The notes beneath the pieces were generated by a model, which had not been told where the DNA came from, searched no databases, and saw only the letters and a program-made list of their open reading frames with translations. DNA of 53,985 nt. Origin: Gemmatimonadota bacterium. GTDB taxonomy: Bacteria; Latescibacterota; UBA2968; UBA8231. Every line of letters starts with the position of its first letter. Position 1 is the stretch's first letter. The stretch is from positions 1-53,985 of the forward strand of contig JAYPJE010000028.1 of NCBI GenBank assembly GCA_038128265.1, read 5' to 3'. Of the stretch, positions 8,403 to 16,986 are shown piece by piece. The position numbers and the translations under genes are program-made.

Positions 8403-10799
8403 TTAATAAGCTACGTGGACGCGCTTCAGAACGACCTGGCGTTGAATGTCCGTCTGCATTTCAATGCGAAGCAGGTAAATGCCAGGTGCTACAGTCACTC
8501 CGTTATGCCGTCCATCCCAACGAAACTTGGCCCGCCTACCTAGCGGGGTAGTATTCTCTATTTCAACGAGTTGCCGCCCATCCAATGAGTAGATCTGGGC
8601 ACGCGGCGGCTTGTCTGTCTTAACGACGGTAAAGTCCAGCGAAAACAAATCGTTTATGCCGTCGCCGTTGGGCGTTATCACATCGGTGTACTCCACATTG
8701 CGCACCAGCGAACCACCCTCCACGGCCTGAGGCACAAAAACCTGATCGTCCCCCAAGTCGAGCGGCACTACGCCCTGGTTGTTATCCGACTTATTTGAAT
8801 AGGCTACGAACGTCTCAAAAACCGTAGGACTCTCAAATACGCGCGTCTTGAAATCGATTTCTACCGAGTCTCGTTTAACTACTGGAGGGGGCAGTTCCAC
8901 TATGAGCGAATCACCGCTGAATGAGCCAATGGCCTCCACTCGTTCTCCTCCTACTCTAACCTCCATCAGTTCTGCATCTGCACTACTGCCTGCAGGCAAA
9001 GAGATGAGAACGCGGTCAAAGCCCGTATCGCGGCTGACGAAAGCCTGCGGCTTAACGGTATAGCGAAACTGCATCAACGAGTCCAACGTTGCCTCTCGCG
9101 GAAGTACGTAGCCGCTAACGCCCGACGAGATAACTGGTTCATTGGCCACGATGCGCAGCGCGCGCAGCACGGGCGCGACCTCTGGATCGTCGCTAATCAG
9201 GCTGATGCGAGTGCGTAGGAACCGCCGCGGCGAAGGAGACTGAAATGCCTGCCCCGAAAATCGTTGCGGCCGACTCCAGTCACTCCACGTCGCATCCCGC
9301 ACCATATCACTGACGATGTCGCCGCGGCTGCGCTTGCGCGTAGCCTCGTAGGCCTCCTTGGTAACTTCGACGCCGTTGGTGAGATAATAGCGCGTAATTT
9401 CCGTGAAACCGTTACCCGTCTGCGTCCGTACTTCGATCCGTGTTCCAGGGGGCAACTCTGCGTCCCACTCTATGCTGCGAATGCTGCGCGCCGCACCGAG
9501 GTCAACGTCATCAGATTCAATATCGACGCGCGCCGGATATCCTTCGCTGTGAAATACAAACGTCTGCATGACGTTGGCATCGCGTCCGAAAAAGCCGATA
9601 ACACGCCAGAGCATGAGGCGCATATCGCGGGTGGGAAATTGAAAGTCGTTGAAAGGTAAGCTTCCATTGATTTCCGATAGCAGCTCGTATTCGAAAGGCC
9701 CCTCTGCCGTGGGATCGGCCGTGTTGCTCGGACTGCCATCTGACGTGAGTATATCGAACATGGGCCAACCGCCAATAGCCACCTGTTGGAACCCGTAAAG
9801 CCAGGGACTGCGCCCGCTAATCAGCGGCACGAATACGATGCGGTTAACCCGGAACACACTGCCAAAATCGATAACGGTCCAAACTCCGTCGTCTCGCCAG
9901 TCTCTGTCTCCAGAAGACGCCTGGATGCTCCACAAACGCCGTCCTACATCGGCATCGACTAAAAATTCCGCTCCACCAGCTTTTCCACACCCATCGCATT
10001 CGCGCGATTTTGACGTCCAGGTCCTTCCGCCCCATGATCCTTCACCCTTGCTCTCGCGCTCTTCGGTAAAGACCTTCGTCGACAGATTAAAACCGACGCC
10101 ATCCACTTCGATTTCTGCCAGAGCCGCATCGGCCGTCTTTCCAGCGGCCACAAAGCGCACAAAACGGAGTATCGCGAAGTCGAGACTATCACCTTTGACT
10201 AGAAACTGTCCGGTGGGAGGGCTGTTGGGATTGGCTCGATTAACCGTGCTCAAGTCGAATTCGACAACGCGGCTCGTGTTGTTATTAATCGGACGACCGA
10301 CCTGCTCAAAGCGAATGTTCTCACCTCTTGTGCCAGCCACTTGGATACCAGGACTTATATGCACTGAGAAAAAAGCGAACGGACGCGCACCGGTCGTGTC
10401 GGGAAACACGAGGCGTATTTTATCGGCAACCACTGCGCGTCCCAAATCGACCTCGACCCACCACCGCTGTAGCGCATCCTGCGGATCAGGCTGCCACCAA
10501 GTAGTAGGATCTTGATCCGCTACAGCACCGGACTGGTTTGCATTGGTCGGAGTGCGGACCAACTGTTTTCCATAGTCACCAATGACAACCGAAGAAAATT
10601 CTCCGGCATTGGCCACGGCATTGAATGTCGTTCCAAAGCGCTTCACCGAGACCCCATCCTCACCGATATTCATCAGGCCGCTTCGACTATTCCACTCTCT
10701 GAAATCCGCGCCCTCTAAAACGATGTCCTGAGCATATAAGGCGCAAGATAAGGCCAGTGTAATTAGCGATGATCGCATTAATGACGAGGTCATTTTCAT
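8403..10799 (-). CDS. Secreted protein with discoidin/F5-8-like domains and C-terminal FlgD-Ig / gliding-motility-type CTD
   Basis: The ORF-track extension to 10964 overlaps the upstream gene; a signal peptide starts at about 10799-10778. WWVEVDLGRAVVADKIRL and VIDFGSVFRVNRI are discoidin-like. C-terminus ITPNGDGINDLF...WDGRHNGVTVAPGIYLLRI. Confidence 0.78.
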   Translation of the reverse strand: MKMTSSLMRSSLITLALSCALYAQDIVLEGADFREWNSRSGLMNIGEDGVSVKRFGTTFNAVANAGEFSSVVIGDYGKQLVRTPTNANQSGAVADQDPTTWWQPDPQDALQRWWVEVDLGRAVVADKIRLVFPDTTGARPFAFFSVHISPGIQVAGTRGENIRFEQVGRPINNNTSRVVEFDLSTVNRANPNSPPTGQFLVKGDSLDFAILRFVRFVAAGKTADAALAEIEVDGVGFNLSTKVFTEERESKGEGSWGGRTWTSKSRECDGCGKAGGAEFLVDADVGRRLWSIQASSGDRDWRDDGVWTVIDFGSVFRVNRIVFVPLISGRSPWLYGFQQVAIGGWPMFDILTSDGSPSNTADPTAEGPFEYELLSEINGSLPFNDFQFPTRDMRLMLWRVIGFFGRDANVMQTFVFHSEGYPARVDIESDDVDLGAARSIRSIEWDAELPPGTRIEVRTQTGNGFTEITRYYLTNGVEVTKEAYEATRKRSRGDIVSDMVRDATWSDWSRPQRFSGQAFQSPSPRRFLRTRISLISDDPEVAPVLRALRIVANEPVISSGVSGYVLPREATLDSLMQFRYTVKPQAFVSRDTGFDRVLISLPAGSSADAELMEVRVGGERVEAIGSFSGDSLIVELPPPVVKRDSVEIDFKTRVFESPTVFETFVAYSNKSDNNQGVVPLDLGDDQVFVPQAVEGGSLVRNVEYTDVITPNGDGINDLFSLDFTVVKTDKPPRAQIYSLDGRQLVEIENTTPLGRRAKFRWDGRHNGVTVAPGIYLLRIEMQTDIQRQVVLKRVHVAY

Positions 10800-10821
10800 C
10801 TTTCTCACACTATTCAATCGT

Positions 10822-12873
10822 TCAATAAGCCACAGCGACAGCATGGGTTCGTACGACCACGCCCAAGTCGGTATCCACTTCGACTCGAGCCAGATAAAAG
10901 CCCGGTGCAACCACGCGCCCATCCTCTGCCTTACCATCCCAATTTGAAGTATGCGAACCGGCATTGACAGTAGAGGACAGCAGCGTAGTCACTCGACGTC
11001 CAGATAGATCGTACACTCCCACCAGAACGCGCGCTCCCTCTACGCTAAATAGGTCGAATTGAATAGCAACGGCATCGTTGGTATCATCTCCGTTGGGAGT
11101 CAAAGCAGGAGAAGACAAACGCAAGGCACTGAGAATGCACTGACTGCTGTCGCGCCCCACTACCTGAACGCTGTTGCTAACTACATCCTCTCTGGCATCG
11201 CCCGCCTCAATGGACTGAGGCAGCAGGCGAGCCTGTGGATCACCATTGACCAATTGTCCATCTAAGAATAGTGACGCCTGGTAAATGGCACCTCGGTAAC
11301 GCACCCGAAAAGACACATTTTCCACAAATGGCTCGGGAAAAGTAAAAGCAAATCTGTTAGGAGTTGTGTTCAGTGTGAAATCCACTCCTTCTTCCATTAC
11401 GACGCCATCCACCTCTAAGGACAAAAAGTGCGCACTAGGCGGCACGTCGAGCTCGATCCCGTCAAAACCGACGCGAGTAGCGCTGGTAAAAACGGTGCGG
11501 ATATCGTAGATAAACGTCGTATCAACCCCCAGCGGCACTTGGGTAAGTCTCAGTGGATCTGCGTCTACTCCAGCTAGGGAGACCTCGGCTAACACACTAT
11601 CGGCCAGCAAAGGCGACAACTCGAACGCAACGCTGTCTAATACGCCAAAAGCAAAGGGATCTTCGGTGGCGATTTCAAAGCGAAACTGAAAAAATTCCCC
11701 GCCGTCTGCCGACTGGATTTCAACACCCGACTGCACGTAGGGAATGGACCAAGGCGTCCAATCTTCGGTGTCGTCTTCCCTGCGCGCTTGGAACCCAGGC
11801 GCCCTTTCTTCAATGACATTGTCGACTGGAGGCGCGTCTTCGTATGTCGCGCGATCTACGCTGAGCGGCTGACCCAATTCGTCAAAGATAAAGTGATCAA
11901 CTGGATCGGCATCTGTTCCCGAGCGCGTCTCTATAAGCAGGCTCACCGGCGCGTTAGGCGCTTCCACTATCTGTCCGGATTCCGTCTGGCGATAGCGCGT
12001 GAAGTGCCACTTAATGCGCCCCAAGCTCACGGGCTCTGCAAACGATTTTACCTGGGATATATAGCGCGCGACCTGCGGATATCCCCTGCCGAAGGCCTGA
12101 AACTCCGCCACGACTCCCAATGTGATGACACCGCCAAAGCGAAAACGCAAAAAGCGGGTAAAACGCCTCGGGAAACGCAGCGAGACGATGCTCTGATTGT
12201 TGGAGAACGTGCTGGCAATGACCTCTTCGAGAGGATGGTAGCCCGGGGATCCGAGTGCCACCGCCTCGTCTTTGAAAATCAGCCAGTCGACCGGCGTATT
12301 GGTCCGAGTCACTTCGTAGGCTACGGGAAATACGTTGCGCTGACGCCTGTTGTCGGTGGTAAAACCGCTCTGCGGTGGAAAAAACGACAGGCTATCAAGT
12401 GCCAAAGGTACACCCAAATCCAAGGTGAAAAACACGGTGGCGTTGGGCCGCCCGTCTAGCGTCGGCGGGTGTTCAAATGCGGCACTTAACTCGTCGCCGT
12501 CTACCAACCCGCGCATTTCAGCTAACGAACCACCCCACATACGCGGATTCCACCCCACCAACTGGTTGTCCATTTCCAAGCGATCTGGATCCTTACTAAA
12601 TGCCCATGGGTAGTCGAAGATATTGACCTGAGAAGCAACGCCCGTCGCGCGCACTAAGCCGCGCAGCACGTTGCTACCAGGCAAAATTTCCCGTGGCTGC
12701 ACGGATCCTGCGCGCACCGTGTCACTCAACGCAATCCAACGGTCAACCACCTCGGCCCACCCCACACCGCTGGCGCCACCGACTACCCATTCTGACGAGG
12801 ATTGAGCGCAGACCGCTCCCTGCAGCACCTGTAACACGAGCACAGCGCAGAGCGATATTTGCCGCACAGTCAT
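10822..12873 (-). CDS. Secreted protein with discoidin-like domain and C-terminal FlgD-Ig / gliding-motility-type CTD (paralogue)
   Basis: Signal peptide. FTLDLGVPLALDSLSFFP and RFLRFRF motifs. C-terminus LTPNGDDTND...WDGKAEDGRVVAPGFYLARV. Start overlaps the upstream stop (TGATG). Confidence 0.8.
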   Translation of the reverse strand: MTVRQISLCAVLVLQVLQGAVCAQSSSEWVVGGASGVGWAEVVDRWIALSDTVRAGSVQPREILPGSNVLRGLVRATGVASQVNIFDYPWAFSKDPDRLEMDNQLVGWNPRMWGGSLAEMRGLVDGDELSAAFEHPPTLDGRPNATVFFTLDLGVPLALDSLSFFPPQSGFTTDNRRQRNVFPVAYEVTRTNTPVDWLIFKDEAVALGSPGYHPLEEVIASTFSNNQSIVSLRFPRRFTRFLRFRFGGVITLGVVAEFQAFGRGYPQVARYISQVKSFAEPVSLGRIKWHFTRYRQTESGQIVEAPNAPVSLLIETRSGTDADPVDHFIFDELGQPLSVDRATYEDAPPVDNVIEERAPGFQARREDDTEDWTPWSIPYVQSGVEIQSADGGEFFQFRFEIATEDPFAFGVLDSVAFELSPLLADSVLAEVSLAGVDADPLRLTQVPLGVDTTFIYDIRTVFTSATRVGFDGIELDVPPSAHFLSLEVDGVVMEEGVDFTLNTTPNRFAFTFPEPFVENVSFRVRYRGAIYQASLFLDGQLVNGDPQARLLPQSIEAGDAREDVVSNSVQVVGRDSSQCILSALRLSSPALTPNGDDTNDAVAIQFDLFSVEGARVLVGVYDLSGRRVTTLLSSTVNAGSHTSNWDGKAEDGRVVAPGFYLARVEVDTDLGVVVRTHAVAVAY

Positions 12874-14885
12874 CAGTACACCACTCCTATGAGCTCTGTT
12901 CTAGTGACCGGATCTACGTCCGAGCGCACGGTAATTTGACAGATGTAAATACCCGGAGCCACCATTTGCCCCACATCGTCTCTGCCTTCCCAAACCTCTC
13001 GATAGGCTCCAGACGCACGAGATGCTGCCACTAAAGTCCTCACTCTCTGCCCAGTCAGATCAAAGATCTCCACATCCAGTTCGACTAAATCGGCAAACTG
13101 CGCCAGCACAACGGCAATCTCAGCGCGATCGTTGGCGCCGTCTCCGTTAGGCGTAAGCACGTTGGTTGATAGCAGGGTTTCGATCGAGGGCACCGCATCT
13201 ACGGCGAAGGCGTTGATAGCACCCGTGCCAACTGCGTCACTTGCATTGCCGGCAACGATTGGGTGCGGCGGACCGTTGCCCTCACCCAGCAGCCAGGCAT
13301 TCAGCGGCGTGTTATACTCCAGTAGCCTCATGCGAAACGACAAGCGCATGGGTTGATTGTTCTCTTGAGTGACAGGCGAAAAAAACACTTGGAATCCGTC
13401 GTCTGTGGACTCCACTTCTAAGTCGACGACTTCGGATAGCACCTCGCCCATTTCCAGGCGTTCGAAGACAGGTGGTGGAAAGGCGGCCATTTTAATGCCG
13501 CGAAAACCCGCTAAATCGGCCGAATTAAACTCGGTGCGGATATCCAGCACGAAGGTCGTATCAACTCCGCTGGGGACGGTTAGCGTGCGCTCTTCTGGAT
13601 CGGGTGAAGTCCCCACGCCAACCTCACCGAGTGCGATGCTGACTAGCTCGGGTGCAAACTCCACTAAAAAGCTATCAATGCGCATCGAGCTGGTCGACTC
13701 GCTATCGAAGGCAATTCTAAACTGCAGAAACTCGCGTGGGCTGGGCAATTCCAACGGCAGGGAAACAACGCCCGACGATTCAATTCGTATCGGTGGAGTC
13801 CAACTGCTCCAATTTCCTACGTCCTCACGGATGTCGGCTTGCACGAAGTCGCGCGCTGGTCCGACCTCTTCCAGAGGTAGAGACAGGTACTCCGCCCGAG
13901 ATACTTCTTCCAATACCTGCCCCGATACTGGATCGCGGCGGAACAGTGCCCGCCGCGGCAGGTTGTTGTACTCGGCGACGGAAACTTCTTCTCGGACACC
14001 CGTATCTCGATCCCGGCGAAAATAGGCCAATGGCGTATCGTCTGAGCCGCTGCGCAGTTGAATGGTTACACTGGCCGAGTCCGTCGCCGCACCGAGTCGA
14101 GTACTCTTAACCGCGAGTCGACCAAAATTGACCGGGCGCGCAAAAGACTGTAGATGCGACACATAGCTGGAAAGCGGCACAAAACCCTCACCGAAAATTT
14201 CGAATTCAGACAGGGTAAACGCATTGCGCGACAGCACTTTCAAGCGCAAGAAACGCCCTCGCACCGACTCGAAATCCAACTCTACTATGGGCTCCCTATT
14301 GTCTTCAACTCTGCGCAATAGCCGGTATACGGGGCGGTTAACCGAGTCAAATTCTTGACCATCAGCAACGTGCAGTTCAAAGGCTTTTATAAAAGAGTCG
14401 GGATCGTTTATATCGGGAGTAAAGCGGACCCGATCTATGGGAAAGGGTGCCCCCAAATCCCACCAAAATGTCGCCCCCGCTTGGCTGCGAGACGTCTTAA
14501 AGGCGTTATCCGTGGACGTAGCCTCATTGCCATCGACAAGCAGCAGCGGGCCATCGATGGTGTTAAATGGACCATCATTAGACCAAGCGCGTGGCTGTCC
14601 AGGTTTGGTGAAGTCGGCCGGCCGGCCATTGAACCATGTCTGCCCCGAAGATTTGAGCAGTTGGATTAGGTTCTGCCCCGTGATCAGTTCCAGTGGCTGC
14701 AGCGCTCCATCTACGTCAACAATGCCGTTCTGAACGTCTGCCTGAGAAGACCAGGTCGCTCCTCCGCGGCCGACGTGATAGGTCTCCACCTGAGCAAATG
14801 CCGCTGTGGCATACAGCGCGCACACCGCGGCGACTGCACGCATCAGCACAACGCAACCAAAGAGAATAATTCGCCGGATGCGCAT
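12873..14885 (-). CDS. Secreted protein with discoidin-like domain and C-terminal FlgD-Ig / gliding-motility-type CTD (paralogue)
   Basis: Likely ATG at 14885 with GAGGA RBS just after the upstream stop. FWWDLGAPFPIDRVRF and GRFLRLKV motifs. C-terminus LTPNGDGAND...WEGRDDVGQMVAPGIYICQI. Confidence 0.8.
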   Translation of the reverse strand: MRIRRIILFGCVVLMRAVAAVCALYATAAFAQVETYHVGRGGATWSSQADVQNGIVDVDGALQPLELITGQNLIQLLKSSGQTWFNGRPADFTKPGQPRAWSNDGPFNTIDGPLLLVDGNEATSTDNAFKTSRSQAGATFWWDLGAPFPIDRVRFTPDINDPDSFIKAFELHVADGQEFDSVNRPVYRLLRRVEDNREPIVELDFESVRGRFLRLKVLSRNAFTLSEFEIFGEGFVPLSSYVSHLQSFARPVNFGRLAVKSTRLGAATDSASVTIQLRSGSDDTPLAYFRRDRDTGVREEVSVAEYNNLPRRALFRRDPVSGQVLEEVSRAEYLSLPLEEVGPARDFVQADIREDVGNWSSWTPPIRIESSGVVSLPLELPSPREFLQFRIAFDSESTSSMRIDSFLVEFAPELVSIALGEVGVGTSPDPEERTLTVPSGVDTTFVLDIRTEFNSADLAGFRGIKMAAFPPPVFERLEMGEVLSEVVDLEVESTDDGFQVFFSPVTQENNQPMRLSFRMRLLEYNTPLNAWLLGEGNGPPHPIVAGNASDAVGTGAINAFAVDAVPSIETLLSTNVLTPNGDGANDRAEIAVVLAQFADLVELDVEIFDLTGQRVRTLVAASRASGAYREVWEGRDDVGQMVAPGIYICQITVRSDVDPVTRTELIGVVY

Positions 14886-14892
14886 ACTTTCC

Positions 14893-15612
14893 TCAGTCCA
14901 ATGGAACTGCGTCGCTAGGGTTTTTGCCCTTGAGTACTTGGCGTTCAAAAGCAAAGCTGAGATCGACGGTTTCGACCGGCTCATTTTCGAAATTAAAGCG
15001 CACCGCGATATCTTCTATATCTACTCGGATGCGCCGAACTTCGTCATCGAGGCGCGGAAACACGATATAGCCATCCGTATCGTTACCGCTGAAAATGATA
15101 TCCTTGGTAAACATCGTCTGACGCAGGATATCCGTACGGGCTCTGAAATCGACCCGTCCTTTGCCGGAATTTGCCTGCCAGTAAGCGCGGTAGTACTCGG
15201 ACAGGTCGAAGTAACTGAAAGAGCGATAAACTTGATCTTGAGCTGAAGTGATCGTCACTCGCTGTGGATCGACGATGACTTTGGGAAATTGGTAATTCGC
15301 CACTTCGAGACGCATAACCGTAAAGCGAGCCGGCGTCCATTCTTCTCCAGACTGTACCCAATCGCCAAAAGTATACGGATTGACCGCTGACGTTCCACCA
15401 ACAGAGGCCTGGGGAAATTGCCGGTTGAGTTCGGCATCCGTCATCGGCCTTAGAGTGACGGACAGTCGCTCTAGCGAGTAAGTAACAGAACCGTCATCGT
15501 TGACGGTCGCGCCTTCAACCTGTTCGGCTAGCGGTGTCAAAGCCTGCGGAAAATAACGTCCACAGCCATTCAACACCAATAGGAGGCTACTTATCAGCCA
15601 TAATACGCGCAT
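14893..15612 (-). CDS. Uncharacterised lipoprotein
   Basis: Lipobox LNGC after a hydrophobic N-terminus. Predicted beta-rich body. Stop lies just upstream of the next gene's start. Confidence 0.75.
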   Translation of the reverse strand: MRVLWLISSLLLVLNGCGRYFPQALTPLAEQVEGATVNDDGSVTYSLERLSVTLRPMTDAELNRQFPQASVGGTSAVNPYTFGDWVQSGEEWTPARFTVMRLEVANYQFPKVIVDPQRVTITSAQDQVYRSFSYFDLSEYYRAYWQANSGKGRVDFRARTDILRQTMFTKDIIFSGNDTDGYIVFPRLDDEVRRIRVDIEDIAVRFNFENEPVETVDLSFAFERQVLKGKNPSDAVPLD

Positions 15613-15692
15613 AGACCTTATACCTCACCCTAACCACCTACCAGTGCACCAACGACGCTCAGCGCTGTGCTTGGCGCACGTGTATTGAAGAT

Positions 15693-15736
15693 AAAAGTGC
15701 TCGGGGCCATTCCCAGCAGAGGGAACGGCCCCAAGT
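15693..15736 (-). terminator. Intrinsic terminator or attenuator after the CBM9-like gene
   Basis: Minus strand CTTGGGGCCGTTCCC-tctgct-GGGAATGGCCCCGAG followed by CACTTTT. The two mismatches are G:U pairs only on the minus strand. Confidence 0.7.
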
Positions 15737-15803
15737 GTATGCTTCTACTATAATAAGATCTGAAACTTTTTAAATAAGATCCGAGATCTTATTTGCCAAG
15801 AGC

Positions 15804-16754
15804 TTATTCGCTGAAGGAGCTCTTGATATTGCCCCAGGTCGACTCCTCTACAGCGGTAGCCGCTGAGAACTCACCGCCGCGCAGCAACTTGGCGATGGCA
15901 TAGTACTGACGCGCCGAGCCCTCGGGACCACGCGTGGTCATGTCGTTGTGCAGCGTGGAACCGCGACCGGAGTTCTTGTCATCATCGGTGATGTGGTTAT
16001 CGCTGTCTTCAGCCCACAGGTTGAAGGGCAGGCCATATCCATCTTCACCAGCAACAGAATCCAGCTGGAAAACTTCGCTAGCCGTGGGACCACCGTCTTC
16101 CATGAAGCGATGGACGACATAGCTCCACTCGTAGTACGTGGTGCCACCGGAGGTCCACAACTCGGCAGCCCAGGCTTCGGGCGGATCGACGCGGACGGCA
16201 AAGTCGATTATCTCATCGTTCTCGCGCCAGGCCTCGATGCCCACGTTGTCAGTCCAGCGATAGCGCACGTTGCGCGGCGGATTCATTTCGCCAGGACGCG
16301 CGATATACTCCATGACCCAACCCGTGCTGAACTCGCGGCCGTGGTCAGTCGGATCAAGGGCAAACTCGATCATGTCGGCGTTCCACTCTTCGACGTTGTC
16401 ACCCCAGTGGGCCAACTGGTCATCAACGATCTCTTGGTACACATACCAGCGGTTGACGTCGCCACCCTTCCATCCCATCCAAGTGGTGACATTGTAGTCA
16501 TCGCGTTGGGGCAAGGGGCGATCGGCTTCGTCGCGCCACTCTTCCATCGTGAGAACGTACTCCGGATCATACCAGCCCCAGTCATCTGCAAATCCGTCAG
16601 CCTTCATGGAACCGGGATTCGGCACCTCGAGCATGAAGTAGTCGAGCCCGAGACGTCCGTTGCGATCAGACAGTGCCGGCGGATCGTTGAACTGAGCCTG
16701 TGCTGCACCACCCATCACCAAACTAAAACCTAATGCGACGATTACTTTGCGCAT
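15804..16754 (-). CDS. Secreted CBM9/DOMON-like putative sugar-binding protein with C-terminal STWGxIK motif
   Basis: Signal peptide ending AQA. ADGFADDW, DMIEFALDP and YYEW resemble DOMON/CBM9 motifs. Ends TAVEESTWGNIKSSFSE. AAGGAG RBS. Confidence 0.7.
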   Translation of the reverse strand: MRKVIVALGFSLVMGGAAQAQFNDPPALSDRNGRLGLDYFMLEVPNPGSMKADGFADDWGWYDPEYVLTMEEWRDEADRPLPQRDDYNVTTWMGWKGGDVNRWYVYQEIVDDQLAHWGDNVEEWNADMIEFALDPTDHGREFSTGWVMEYIARPGEMNPPRNVRYRWTDNVGIEAWRENDEIIDFAVRVDPPEAWAAELWTSGGTTYYEWSYVVHRFMEDGGPTASEVFQLDSVAGEDGYGLPFNLWAEDSDNHITDDDKNSGRGSTLHNDMTTRGPEGSARQYYAIAKLLRGGEFSAATAVEESTWGNIKSSFSE

Positions 16755-16986
16755 TCGCGATCTCCTTCTTTAGAAACGAGACGTGCAACCTTTAACGAAC
16801 GCTGTTCGAACAGATTACACACGGTAAAAAAAGGCATTTGCGCCCTAAAAAACACATATGCGAACTGCATGTCAAGGTTTTTTTAAAGTTACATCTGTGT
16901 TTTTACCCCTGCGCAAACTCAGTGCTCAGGGGTAGGCGAGGGACAAACCCCTTACGAGAGACAGCAGCGCCGAATTCCCGCGCCAG

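Noticed and set aside
10800..10964. N-terminal extensions in the ORF track (also 14886-14984, 27440-27544, 40865-41065)
   Set aside because: They overlap neighbouring genes or promoters; downstream ATGs have better RBS and place signal peptides or domains at the N-terminus.
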